Positions 54,846-64,000 of a stretch of 64,000 nucleotides of DNA are shown here, one piece after another. Position 1 is the stretch's first letter. Each line of letters opens with the position of its first letter. Source of the DNA: a virus (lineage: Duplodnaviria; Caudoviricetes). Position numbers and translations under genes: made by a program. The notes below the pieces were generated by a model, which saw nothing but the letters and a program-made list of their open reading frames with translations, searched no databases and was not told the DNA's origin. The stretch spans positions 22,371-86,370 of IMG/VR virus record IMGVR_UViG_2872922060_000001; one strand, written 5' to 3'.

Positions 54846-56738
54846 GTGGGCTGGCTGTCCGGCGCCAAGCAAGTCGTCATCGACGCCTGGTCGTGGCTGA
54901 ACTACAAGCCGATCTACGCCAACGACCGCGGCATCCCCTACCGGCGGGCCTTCCCCGAAGCCAAGGCCACCTGGGTCCCCGCCGCGGACGAGCGGCGCCT
55001 CGCCGCGTACAAGCTCCTCGCCGCCTACGACCACAACCAGGCCGCCGAGCTCGCCGAGGTCCGCGACGGCCCCGAAGCCCGCGAGAGGCGTGAGTTCGGC
55101 GACCCCAGCATGTTCGTCGACACGATCCTCGCCCACGTCCTCGGCCGTGAGCAGCACATCACCGTCCCCGGCGCCGAGAACACCGGCACCACCGGCAGTC
55201 AGGGGGAGTCGGCGGCCGCGATGGCGGAGCGGGTGCAGACCCTGCTGCGGGACTGGGCCGACACCGAGCTGCTGCCCATGCGGATCCAGCAGAGCGAACG
55301 TAAGGCAGTCCTCCTGGGTGACGGCGTGTACCGGCTGGCTTGGGACCCCACCAAGCGCCGCGTCACCGTCCGCTCCGTCGACCCGGGCTTCTACTTCCCC
55401 GTCCTGGAGGAGGACGACGGCGGCGAGTTCCCGAGCCGTGTCCACTTCGCGTGGGAGCTCGCCGAGGACACCCGCCGCGGCCTGAAGGCCCGCATCCGCC
55501 GCATCACCTACGAACTCGCCCCCATCGGCGCCCCCACCTCACCCAGCACCGACACCGACGGCCGGCCCGTGCGCGTGCCGGTCACCGTCGAAGGGCCCGA
55601 AGGCGAGCCGATACCCGTCATCGGCCAGGGCGACACCGTCGACCCGGACACCGGCACGATCACCCGCCTCTACCCGTGGTCCGACACCCCCAGCCCGGTC
55701 ACCTGCTACCTCACCGACGCCACCTGGAACCTCGACGACCTCAAGGGGGACTACGACGTCGACTCCCTGCCGATGGCGAAGGCGTCCTACGCGGTCCGCT
55801 CCGACGGTGAGGTACTGGACCGGCTCGACCTGCTGATCGACTTCCTGCCGGTGATCCACGTCCCGAACACCGTCCCGGACGCCGAGGAGCACTGGGGCCA
55901 GTCCTCCCTGGCGAAGGTGCTGCAAGTCTTCGACGAGCTCGCATCATCGGACACGGACTCCTCCCGCGCCTCCGCCACCACCGGCCTGCCCATGCTCGCC
56001 GTGTCCGGCGTCACCGACTCCCGCTCCCAGATGGCCGTCGAACCCGGCGCCGTGTGGAAGCTCGGCGACACCGGCAAGCTCACCGCGGTCGACACCTCCC
56101 CGGCGCTGCGGGAACTCCGCGAGCACGTCCACGACCTCGCCGACCGCGCGGCGACCGTCGCCCGTCTCCCCGCCGTCGCGCTCGGCACCCTCGACCCGAC
56201 GAAGGCACCCTCCGGATACGCCCTCGAAGTGTCCTTGGGCCCGCTGGACTCCCTCATCGGCAGCATGCGCCTGGCCCGCGACCACAAGTACGCCCTGCTG
56301 CTGAAGATGGTGCAGCGACTCCACCTGGCCGGGCAGCACCCCGACTGGGTCGGCATCACCGTCCAGCCCGCCAAGCTCGTCTTCGGCCCGTACAAGCCGA
56401 CCGACCGCAACGGCATCCTCACCATGGTCACCCTCGGCGTGGAGAAGGGCGTCCTGTCCAAGGAGACCGCCATCCGCATGCTCATCGAGGCCGGCTTCCC
56501 CATCGAGGACGCCGAGGACGAACTCCGCCGGATCGACGCCCGCAGCTTCGATGACGCCCGCGCACTGGCCGACGCGCTCGGCAACGTCGAGGAGGTCGCC
56601 GCGTTCCTCGGCCGGAAAGCCCCCGACGAACCCGAGACGCCTCCTGTGCGACTCCCGCCCACCGAGGACGACGATCCCGAGGACGACGAAGAAGCGCCCG
56701 GACAGGAGCCGCGGGGGAGCAGGGGGAACACGGCGTGA
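54846..56738 (+). CDS. Portal protein
   Basis: LGDGV..L.WD, LPVIHVPN....WGQS, PSG.AL; position after terminase. Confidence 0.88.
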   Translation: MGWLSGAKQVVIDAWSWLNYKPIYANDRGIPYRRAFPEAKATWVPAADERRLAAYKLLAAYDHNQAAELAEVRDGPEARERREFGDPSMFVDTILAHVLGREQHITVPGAENTGTTGSQGESAAAMAERVQTLLRDWADTELLPMRIQQSERKAVLLGDGVYRLAWDPTKRRVTVRSVDPGFYFPVLEEDDGGEFPSRVHFAWELAEDTRRGLKARIRRITYELAPIGAPTSPSTDTDGRPVRVPVTVEGPEGEPIPVIGQGDTVDPDTGTITRLYPWSDTPSPVTCYLTDATWNLDDLKGDYDVDSLPMAKASYAVRSDGEVLDRLDLLIDFLPVIHVPNTVPDAEEHWGQSSLAKVLQVFDELASSDTDSSRASATTGLPMLAVSGVTDSRSQMAVEPGAVWKLGDTGKLTAVDTSPALRELREHVHDLADRAATVARLPAVALGTLDPTKAPSGYALEVSLGPLDSLIGSMRLARDHKYALLLKMVQRLHLAGQHPDWVGITVQPAKLVFGPYKPTDRNGILTMVTLGVEKGVLSKETAIRMLIEAGFPIEDAEDELRRIDARSFDDARALADALGNVEEVAAFLGRKAPDEPETPPVRLPPTEDDDPEDDEEAPGQEPRGSRGNTA

Positions 56739-56760
56739 GAAATGTGCTGCACTTGGATCT

Positions 56761-56774
56761 AGGCGCGGGGCCTG
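56761..56774 (+). promoter_or_regulatory. Late-gene motif copy 3
   Basis: AGGCGCGGGGCCTG before scaffold RBS. Confidence 0.7.
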
Positions 56775-56800
56775 AACTGTCCATGGGAGGACTGTCTGTA

Positions 56801-57574
56801 ATGCGTGCCCCCGCGCAGCACCGCCGCCCCGGTCTCAACGCCGCCCACGGCTGGGCCCATCCCTACACGGGCATCGAGGCCCTGGCCACGTTCTACAACG
56901 ACGGCGGCGACCCGCCCACCCCCGCGGACATCCCCCCGAAGCGCACCACCACCACCGCGGGAGACCCGGACACGGTCGTCATGCCGCAGGAGAAGTTCAC
57001 GCAGAACATGACCGAACAGAGGCGCCGCGGCCGGCACGCCGCCTACCGGGAGATAGCCGAAGCCGCCGGCATCGACTTCGACGTCGACACCTTCGACCCG
57101 AAGGCGTTCGCCGCGCAGTTCAAGGAAGCGCAGGCCGCACGGCAGGCCCTTCTCACCGAAGAGCAGCGCCGCGCCGAGGAGCTCGCGCAGAAGGAGCAGG
57201 CTCTCGCCGCGCGGGAGCAGGCAGCCGCCCAGCGCGAAGCCGAAGCCGCCCGCCTCGCCCGCGACGTGAAGATCCGTGCCGCTCTCGTCCGGCTCGGCGC
57301 CACCGGCGACGACCTCGACGACGCCGCCGCCCTCATGCGCATCGGTGACGACGCCGACGACGACGCCATCACCCAGGCCGCCGAAGCTCTCAAGGCCCGC
57401 CGCGGCGAACTCTTCGGCGCCACCCCCGCGCCGGCCCCGTCGCCGCTTCCCCCCGCGCCCGGCGGCGCCCCCGCGGGCGGCGGCACCCCCCGCCCGGCCC
57501 CCAGCAAGGACGACGCCAAGGCCAGGGCCCGCGAGCTGGCCGTGAAGATGGGCTACGCCAAGCCCGCCGCCTGA
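56801..57574 (+). CDS. Capsid scaffolding protein
   Basis: Ala/Glu coiled coil, Pro/Gly tail; position before head genes. Confidence 0.75.
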   Translation: MRAPAQHRRPGLNAAHGWAHPYTGIEALATFYNDGGDPPTPADIPPKRTTTTAGDPDTVVMPQEKFTQNMTEQRRRGRHAAYREIAEAAGIDFDVDTFDPKAFAAQFKEAQAARQALLTEEQRRAEELAQKEQALAAREQAAAQREAEAARLARDVKIRAALVRLGATGDDLDDAAALMRIGDDADDDAITQAAEALKARRGELFGATPAPAPSPLPPAPGGAPAGGGTPRPAPSKDDAKARARELAVKMGYAKPAA

Positions 57575-57682
57575 CCACAGGCGACCGAAGACCGAGGGAC
57601 CACGCCTCTCCTCCCGTGGACGACACCCACCCGGTGTCCGCCCCCCCAGTAGTACATCCTCATTCCACGGGAGGAGACCGGC

Positions 57683-58102
57683 ATGGACATCCAGCCGCTC
57701 ACCACGCAGGAAACCGTCACCGCGGACCGTCGCTGGCTGATGTCGACGTTCGGCACCGAGACCAACAAGACCATCACCCTCGACACCAGCACCTTCACCG
57801 AGCACACCCACTGGCTGCCGACCAACCGGCACGTCAACCAGCGCGTCCTGAAGTCCGGCCTGCCCCTCGGCCGGATCACCGCCTCCGGGCTGTACGGCAT
57901 CTACGACTCCGCCGCCACCGACGGCCGCGAGGTCTTCGCCGGCCTCCTCGAGACGGAGACCGCCTACAACCCCACCTCGACGAAGGTCGGCGCCGCGCTC
58001 CGCATCATCGGCGACATCGACGCCTCCAAGCTCCCCGTCGCGTTCACGCCGCCCGCCGCCGCGAACCGCACCGACTCCCTCCACTTCTCCAACCTGGCCT
58101 GA
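57683..58102 (+). CDS. Head decoration protein
   Basis: LKSG.PLG.IT.SG.YG.Y...A.DG....AG.L. Confidence 0.8.
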   Translation: MDIQPLTTQETVTADRRWLMSTFGTETNKTITLDTSTFTEHTHWLPTNRHVNQRVLKSGLPLGRITASGLYGIYDSAATDGREVFAGLLETETAYNPTSTKVGAALRIIGDIDASKLPVAFTPPAAANRTDSLHFSNLA

Positions 58103-58119
58103 GAAGGGACTGACAGACC

Positions 58120-59172
58120 ATGATGCTCGAGGCCCTGCTCAGGGACATCACCCCGACCGAGATCATCGCGTTCGCCCGCGCCGTGCAGACGCCCGCGGAC
58201 TACGCCCTCACCCTGAACGTCATGCCGGAACGGCAGATCCAGGGCGTGAAGTTCCGCACCCGCCGCACGTCCCGCCGGGTCAACGCCGCGAAGTACCGCG
58301 CGTACGACGCGCAGACCCCCGTCGCGTCCCGCGAGGTCAAGCGCATCGAGACCGAGGGCATGCTGCCCCCGCTCGGCCAGAAGTACCTCGTCGGCGAACT
58401 CGAGACGATCCTCCTCGCGGCCCGCCGCGGCGCCGACGCCTCCGAACTCGTCGAGGCGCTCTACGACGACGTGGCCGCCCACGTCCTGTCCATCCGGTCC
58501 CGCCTGGAGCTGGCCGCCGGCGACCTCCTGACCGACGGCAAGTTCACCCTGGCCAACGAGAACGGCCTCACCGTCGAGTACGACGCCCAGGTCCCCGCGG
58601 CCAACATGCCGACCGCCGCCGTGCCGTGGACGGACCCGACCGCGGACGCCATCGCCGACGAACTCGCCTGGCTGGAGACGCTGCGCGCCTCCGGTGCACC
58701 GATGCCGGAGAAGGTCGTCACCTCCTACAAGGCCCGCGCGCTCCTCGCCGCGAACAACGCCTACCGCGCCGCCTACTACGGGTCGGTGAACCCCTCCAAC
58801 ACGCCGACCGCCACGCTGGCCCCCAACGAGGTCGACACCGTCCGCGCCCGCTACAACCTGCCGCCCATCGAAATCTACGACGTGCAGATCCCCAAGGACG
58901 ACGGCACCATGGCCCGCCCGATCCCCGAGGACCGGTGGGTGATGGTCCCGCCGAACCGGCAGCAGTGGGGCGAAACCCAGTTCGGCATCACCGCCGAATC
59001 CATCGAGCTGACGACCGGCGACAACCCGGCCATCGAGCTCGCGGAAGCGCCCGGGATCATCGTCACCCACGGCTGGAAGGACGACCCGGTCCAGGTCTAC
59101 ACCAAGGGCTCGGCCGTGGCGATGCCGGTCCTGTACGTGCCGGACATCCACATCACCGCGAAGGTGTTCTGA
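58120..59172 (+). CDS. Major capsid protein (lambda gpE-like, HK97 fold)
   Basis: 350 aa; AA.YRA.D, LPP, RLE, W.DPTA....D, DP.......A.AMP. Confidence 0.9.
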   Translation: MMLEALLRDITPTEIIAFARAVQTPADYALTLNVMPERQIQGVKFRTRRTSRRVNAAKYRAYDAQTPVASREVKRIETEGMLPPLGQKYLVGELETILLAARRGADASELVEALYDDVAAHVLSIRSRLELAAGDLLTDGKFTLANENGLTVEYDAQVPAANMPTAAVPWTDPTADAIADELAWLETLRASGAPMPEKVVTSYKARALLAANNAYRAAYYGSVNPSNTPTATLAPNEVDTVRARYNLPPIEIYDVQIPKDDGTMARPIPEDRWVMVPPNRQQWGETQFGITAESIELTTGDNPAIELAEAPGIIVTHGWKDDPVQVYTKGSAVAMPVLYVPDIHITAKVF

Positions 59173-59174
59173 TC

Positions 59175-59462
59175 ATGGCCAAGCTCGCAGCCACCGTCCA
59201 CGTGAAGGACCCGCGCACGCACCAGATGGTGCAGCTCGACGCCGGCACCGAACCGGAGCCCGAGCTGGCCGCGCTGGTCACCAACCCCGACGCCTGGGAA
59301 GGCGGCAAGGTCCCCGCCACGGCCAAGAAGACCGCCGACACCACCTCCACGTCCACCGACGACGGAGACGACGGCGGCGACAAGCCGGCCGCGCGTAAGA
59401 CCGCGGCCCGTAAGCCGGCTCGGGGCCGGAACGCCGCTGACGAGGGCACCAGCGGCGACTAG
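59175..59462 (+). CDS. Small head-associated protein
   Basis: P....AALVTNP.AW, basic tail; position. Confidence 0.65.
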   Translation: MAKLAATVHVKDPRTHQMVQLDAGTEPEPELAALVTNPDAWEGGKVPATAKKTADTTSTSTDDGDDGGDKPAARKTAARKPARGRNAADEGTSGD

Positions 59463-59561
59463 CGGAGTGCGGGCCCGCCCCACGTGGTGGGGGCGCCACC
59501 CCGGCGGGCCCGCACCCGCATCCCCTGCCCTCACCAACCCAGCCCTGAGAGGACACCCGCC

Positions 59562-59903
59562 ATGGCACTCACCCCCGCGGTCCAGGCATGGCTCCTCTCC
59601 GTGCTCGGCACCAACACCAACATCACCGACCTCGAAACCCGCTACACCCGCCTCGGCTCCGCCCGCGCCGTCGCCCTGGAAGTCCTCCGCCAACGCCTCG
59701 CCGACCTGCGCGCACAGCCCTCCACCATCAACGTCTCCACCGTCGTCGGCATCTCCTACGTGGAGAACATCAAGTCCTACGAGCGGCAGATCGAAGCGCT
59801 CGAGAACGGCGAGAACCCGGCCCCCGACGACCCCACCAGCCCGGATGGCGACAGCCTGGGCGGCATTGGCCTGCTCTACCTGAGGGAAAGGCCCCGCCGA
59901 TGA
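59562..59903 (+). CDS. Head-tail adaptor (putative)
   Basis: Size and position. Confidence 0.6.
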   Translation: MALTPAVQAWLLSVLGTNTNITDLETRYTRLGSARAVALEVLRQRLADLRAQPSTINVSTVVGISYVENIKSYERQIEALENGENPAPDDPTSPDGDSLGGIGLLYLRERPRR

Positions 59904-60745
59904 CCACCCCCGTCCGGCGCCGCGCCCGCACCCTCCGCCAGCGCATCCTCGGCTACATAACCGGCGCCGTCGACCGGCTCCGAGCAGCGTGGAGCATCCT
60001 CGCCACCGCCCAGACCCGGCTCCTCAACGCCCTCACCGACATCCGGCCGGGCCGCTCCGCCGGTACCGGTACCCGGCTGCGCGCCGCGCTCGCCGCGTTC
60101 AACACCAGCCTCGGTGCCTTCGCCCGGACCGCCGGTGCGTTTGCTGAACGCTGGGCCAGCAGCGACCTGCCCCTGATCTACCGGGAAGGCGCCTGGACGA
60201 TGCTCGACAACGCCGCCCGGCCCAACCGCCTGTTCCAGTGGACCGACCGCCACCGCGGCGCCGTCACCAGCTTGTCCGCGCAGTACTACGCCGACCTCAC
60301 CGCCCGCATCACCGAGGCCCTGCGCCGGGCCCGTGCCTTTCTTCGCGCCGTACAAGACGCCGCCCGCGATGCCCTTTCCGTCCGCATCGACGCCGCTGCG
60401 CTGCGCCGCGACCACCCGCTGGACACCGTCATCTACGCCAACAACGCCCGGCACCCCGTCGAAGCGTGGGCCCGCGCCGCCATTACCTGGCAGGCCGTCA
60501 CCACCGCCAACACCGCCGCCGCCCGCACCGCGCTGGACGAGCTGGGCACCGATTGGGTGGAGGTCCGAGACGGGCCTGACTGCGGTTGGACCAGCCACGA
60601 CGACCCTGACCGCGCCAACCGGACGCTGCGCACCGTGCAGGACGCCCTCGCCTACCCCTCAGCACACCCCCACTGCATCCGGGAGTTCCTGCCCCGCCTC
60701 GACCTGATCGGCCGAGCTGAAATCCGCTCTGGAGCGCTGCTGTGA
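59900..60745 (+). CDS. Minor capsid / head morphogenesis (MuF-like) protein
   Basis: V.DG.DC, HPHC.R.F.P. Confidence 0.7.
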   Translation: MTTPVRRRARTLRQRILGYITGAVDRLRAAWSILATAQTRLLNALTDIRPGRSAGTGTRLRAALAAFNTSLGAFARTAGAFAERWASSDLPLIYREGAWTMLDNAARPNRLFQWTDRHRGAVTSLSAQYYADLTARITEALRRARAFLRAVQDAARDALSVRIDAAALRRDHPLDTVIYANNARHPVEAWARAAITWQAVTTANTAAARTALDELGTDWVEVRDGPDCGWTSHDDPDRANRTLRTVQDALAYPSAHPHCIREFLPRLDLIGRAEIRSGALL

Positions 60746-61125
60746 CCGAGACCCCAGCCGAGCCGCAGGCGCACGGCGTCCGCATCGACGCCCAGCCCGG
60801 CCATGCCACCATCACCATCGACGGCACCCCCCTGCCTGTCGGCACCGTCACCGGGTACACGCTCCAGCACGACATCGTCGGGGGTCTCCCCCTCGTCGTC
60901 CTGCACACCCGACAGTCCGAGGCAGTGGCCTTCGAGGGGCTCGCGCGGGTCGCCGTGGGTATCGCTGAAGGCCCCGCCGACATCGTGGCCGGCTTCCTCG
61001 CCCAGATCGACCCGGCCGAGCTGGAGAACGCCGCTCTGAACCGGGACGACCTCGGCACCGACAAATACGACCTGACCCGGGCCATGCTCCGGCAGCTCAC
61101 CGACTGGGCGCGAGGGCAGCAGTAA
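60742..61125 (+). CDS. Hypothetical protein
   Basis: Overlaps within the structural operon. Confidence 0.65.
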   Translation: MTETPAEPQAHGVRIDAQPGHATITIDGTPLPVGTVTGYTLQHDIVGGLPLVVLHTRQSEAVAFEGLARVAVGIAEGPADIVAGFLAQIDPAELENAALNRDDLGTDKYDLTRAMLRQLTDWARGQQ

Positions 61126-61583
61126 TGGCCGGCCTTGACAACGCGCTCGCCGGAGTCGTCACCTGGATCCAGGCCAACCTCATGGTGGACACCGTCCGTA
61201 TCGTCCGCCCCGCAACCGGCGACCCAGTCCTCAACCCAGACACGGGCCGGCTCGAGTACCCCGAGCCCGCACTGGTCTACGAGGGGATCGGCGCCGTCAT
61301 CGCTGCCGGTGCGCCAGGCGGAATCAGCTCCCTGCCGTCCGCCATCCTCCCCTGGGCGGAGGAGACGATGTCCCCTGCCCGCCTGCTCACCCCCCTCACG
61401 GCGCCGATCCCGGCCCGGGACGATCTGGTGACCGTCGTCGCTGTCCACAACCCCGCCAATGCGGCACTCATCGGACGGTCCTGGTTCTGCCAGGACCCCG
61501 GCCGGGCCTCCACCGTGGAAGTCGTCCGCATCACCCCCATGGACATGAAGCAGGCGCCCCGCACCCAGGGGAGTACACCGTGA
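61125..61583 (+). CDS. Head closure/stopper protein (DUF6093-like)
   Basis: M.DTVRI.R.....NP.TG......VYEG. Confidence 0.7.
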   Translation: MAGLDNALAGVVTWIQANLMVDTVRIVRPATGDPVLNPDTGRLEYPEPALVYEGIGAVIAAGAPGGISSLPSAILPWAEETMSPARLLTPLTAPIPARDDLVTVVAVHNPANAALIGRSWFCQDPGRASTVEVVRITPMDMKQAPRTQGSTP

Positions 61584-61969
61584 ACCTGGACGACCTCGCC
61601 GGCCGACTCGAGCGCGCCGCCGACCAGATCGGCCCGGTCACGGAGCGCCGGATCCGGGCCGTGGGCGCCGCCGGCGTCGCCCGGATCCGGCAGAACGCGT
61701 CCGGCCGGCCCGGGCCGAACGTCATCACCGGCCAGTACCGCGCCTCGTGGCGAGCCGTTGCTGAGCGGATCCCTCACGGCGCCGAGTGCACCATCGGCAC
61801 GAACGCGCCGCAGGGACGGCGCCTCGAGTTCGGCTTCTGGGACATGACCGACAGCATCGGCCGGCACTTCTTCCAGCCTCCCTTCCCGCACGTCCAGCCA
61901 GCCCTCGGCTTCATCGAGGACACGCTGCACGAGCAGATGCGCGCCGCCGTGAGGGAGCTGTTCGAATGA
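61580..61969 (+). CDS. HK97 gp10-like tail completion protein
   Basis: TG.YR.SW, GTN.P...RLEFG, P.PH..PA. Confidence 0.8.
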   Translation: MNLDDLAGRLERAADQIGPVTERRIRAVGAAGVARIRQNASGRPGPNVITGQYRASWRAVAERIPHGAECTIGTNAPQGRRLEFGFWDMTDSIGRHFFQPPFPHVQPALGFIEDTLHEQMRAAVRELFE

Positions 61970-62430
61970 TCCAGAAACGACTGGTCACGAACTGGGTGAA
62001 GGCCACCCTCAGCGCCGCCTCCGGCATGCCGGTGGGGGAAAGCCGCGCGCCCACGTCGGGAGCCGCGCCGCCCTACTACCTGCTGTACTCCGTCGACACG
62101 CGAGTGTCCGGCGCTCCTTTTTCCGACCTCAGCGAGGACGGCTCGTTCGTCTACCAGATCACGTCCGTGTCCGGCCCGGACCCGAACGTGCCACAGTCCA
62201 CCGCCGACCTCGACCAACTCGAGTGGATGGCTGACAAAGCGCGTTCCACGTTCCTCGGCCGGGACCGGGCTACTGGCCTGTGGCTGCACCCGCTCACCGT
62301 GCCTGGGCTGTTCTGCATGACCCGGTCCTTGGACGTGGAGTGGGGCGCCCAGCCGGGGGGAACGTCGGAGCAGGAAGCCGCGATAATGACCTATGTGCAG
62401 CGGTTCAGGTTCAACCTGACCCCTGCCTGA
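61966..62430 (+). CDS. Tail terminator protein
   Basis: PPY..LY, YQIT.V; position before tail tube gene. Confidence 0.7.
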   Translation: MIQKRLVTNWVKATLSAASGMPVGESRAPTSGAAPPYYLLYSVDTRVSGAPFSDLSEDGSFVYQITSVSGPDPNVPQSTADLDQLEWMADKARSTFLGRDRATGLWLHPLTVPGLFCMTRSLDVEWGAQPGGTSEQEAAIMTYVQRFRFNLTPA

Positions 62431-62552
62431 GCCCCTGAGGGCTCGTGCACAACCGCACCGCGGCGGGCCCCGCGGACGCCACCACCAGGTGGCCGCCACA
62501 CCAAGCCGTGTAGCAGGGGCCCCCTCTTGGCCCCTATCCGCGAGGGGCCACC

Positions 62553-63023
62553 ATGAGGTTCAACCGCAAGGGCACCACCCGTATCTACTACGTCCCGACG
62601 ATCGCCGCGACCACACTGATCCCCACCACAGCGGAGATCGACGCCGGTACGGACTACACCGCGCAGATCAACGCGATCGACGGCTGGTCGCTGGAGAACA
62701 CCCCGATCGAAACCCCGGACATGGCGTCCACCTTCGTGAGCAAGATCGGCGGTGACGACTCCGCAGCCGACTCCAGCCTCACCTTCTACGAGGACTCCAC
62801 CACCGACACCATCGAGACGGACCTCGCCAAGGGCACGTCCGGCTACATCGTCATCTTCTCCAAGGGGAAGACGCCCGGCGCGAAGGGCATGGACGTCTAT
62901 CCGGTCACCGTGGTCAGCAACAGCAAGGCGTACACCACGGACAACGAGGCCGCGAAGATCACCGTCCAGTTCACGATCACGCAGCGGCCCGTCTTCAACC
63001 AGACCGTGCCCACCGCCGCCTAA
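62553..63023 (+). CDS. Major tail (tube) protein
   Basis: PTIA....PT.AE..AG.D, beta-rich; position. Confidence 0.85.
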   Translation: MRFNRKGTTRIYYVPTIAATTLIPTTAEIDAGTDYTAQINAIDGWSLENTPIETPDMASTFVSKIGGDDSAADSSLTFYEDSTTDTIETDLAKGTSGYIVIFSKGKTPGAKGMDVYPVTVVSNSKAYTTDNEAAKITVQFTITQRPVFNQTVPTAA

Positions 63024-63119
63024 CCCCGGCCGCCACCCCACCAGCCCCCGGCCGGGCCCGTGACGTACACGGGAAGGGCGCCACGGCGCCCGGCCGGGCC
63101 TTCCCGAAGGACACCCGCC

Positions 63120-63641
63120 ATGACCACCTGGGACGCCCTCGCCAAGCGCCTCGACCGCGTGAAGAAGCCGGTCCGCACCTTCGCGCTGTGCGACGACCCC
63201 GACATCCGCGACCGATACGTCACCGCCAAGCGCGAAGCCGAAAGGGCCGACACCTACCTGCAATCCCTCTCCCCGGACGCCGACCCCCAGGCCCGCGCCC
63301 TGGTCGAAAAGCAGGCCAAGGATGCCCACGCGGAACTCGCCGAGGCGAAGGAGGCGTACGAGGCCCACACCGTCACCCTGCGCTTCCAGGCCCTGGAACA
63401 GCAGCAACTCGAGACCCTTCTCGCCGAGCACCCGCCGACCGAGCAGGACGAAGCCGACGGCGCCGAGTTCAACAGCGCCACCTTCATGCCCGCGCTGATC
63501 GCCGCCGCGTCCCTGGACGGCATGCCCGTCGAGGCCGCCGACCGCTACCTGAAGACCTGGACACCGGCTGACGCACGCGCCCTGTGGCACGCGGCCTGGT
63601 CCGTGCAGCACACCCAGCGGACCGACCTGGGAAAAGGCTGA
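63120..63641 (+). CDS. Tail assembly chaperone (gpG)
   Basis: Follows tail tube gene; ends at slippery site. Confidence 0.8.
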   Translation: MTTWDALAKRLDRVKKPVRTFALCDDPDIRDRYVTAKREAERADTYLQSLSPDADPQARALVEKQAKDAHAELAEAKEAYEAHTVTLRFQALEQQQLETLLAEHPPTEQDEADGAEFNSATFMPALIAAASLDGMPVEAADRYLKTWTPADARALWHAAWSVQHTQRTDLGKG

Positions 63642-64000
63642 TCGACGATGCCGTCTTCCGCGCCGAGATGGAGCTGTGCCACAAGTGGGGCATCCCCCAC
63701 TCGCAGTTCCGCGGGCACGGCGACGGCACCTGGACCAGCCTCGACCGTCGCAAAGCCCTCGCCTACGCCCACTACCTCAAGCAGGTCTGCCCCTCGTGCG
63801 GCACCCGCGCCGAGGAATGGGACGAGGCACTCGGGGGCGACGAGGACGCCTACCGGGCCGTCACCCACCGCTGCATCGGATGCCAGCTCATCGCCGACAA
63901 GCAGAAGACCGTCCCCGACGGCGACGAAGGGCACGGCGTGAAAGTCCTGCTGATCCCGGCCAGCGTGCACGCCGCGCTGCAATTCCAGCACACCCATTGA
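63629..64000 (+). CDS. Tail assembly chaperone gpGT extension via -1 frameshift at GGGAAAA
   Basis: G GGA AAA at 63629-63635; the -1 frame is open to 64000. Confidence 0.8.
   Translation, partial: GKRLIDDAVFRAEMELCHKWGIPHSQFRGHGDGTWTSLDRRKALAYAHYLKQVCPSCGTRAEEWDEALGGDEDAYRAVTHRCIGCQLIADKQKTVPDGDEGHGVKVLLIPASVHAALQFQHTH

Larger units (their letters stand above)
1..64000. mobile_element. Conjugative phage-plasmid (temperate siphovirus-like phage with plasmid Rep/ParABS and Streptomyces-type Tra/Spd module); extends beyond both window ends
   Basis: Rep, ParA/ParB, GntR-spd-FtsK transfer genes and terminase-portal-capsid-tail genes are contiguous, with no housekeeping genes or integrase. Confidence 0.85.

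Noticed and set aside
1-64000. Integrase, transposase or reverse transcriptase (retron/DGR)
   Set aside because: No recombinase, DDE or RT motifs recognised in any ORF; they could lie outside the window.

Overview
Very GC-rich actinobacterial DNA, almost certainly Streptomyces (inferred from WhiB, KorSA-like GntR, Spd/TraB, MmyB-type and DUF6197/DUF6233-like genes). The window is part of one mobile replicon that looks like a conjugative phage-plasmid of the pZL12/phiZL12 type. 1-24.7 kb (+): early, replication and partition genes (Rad52/Sak-like annealase, C5 methyltransferase invaded by an HNH gene, two WhiB proteins, RepA, a DciA homologue, ParA/ParB with four palindromic parS candidates, DEDDh exonuclease, deleted RuvC, SSB). 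24.7-41.1 kb (mostly -): accessory and regulatory genes (Ku, a type III polyketide synthase with an MmyB/XRE regulator, ASCH, GIY-YIG-GntR, a second Rep-like protein, GntR). 41.4-51.5 kb (+): spread and transfer module ending in an FtsK/TraB translocase. 52-64 kb (+): siphovirus-like packaging, head and tail genes. No integrase, tRNA, rRNA or CRISPR array was seen. Top leads: the phage-borne PKS plus ligand-sensing regulator (candidate small-molecule signalling), a segment-permuted ParA, a four-copy operator/promoter regulon, UUGGCG-loop antisense-type leaders, a late-gene 5' motif, and about 20 TGAGCC sites within an HTH membrane-protein gene. All family calls come from reading motifs by eye; no database search was run.
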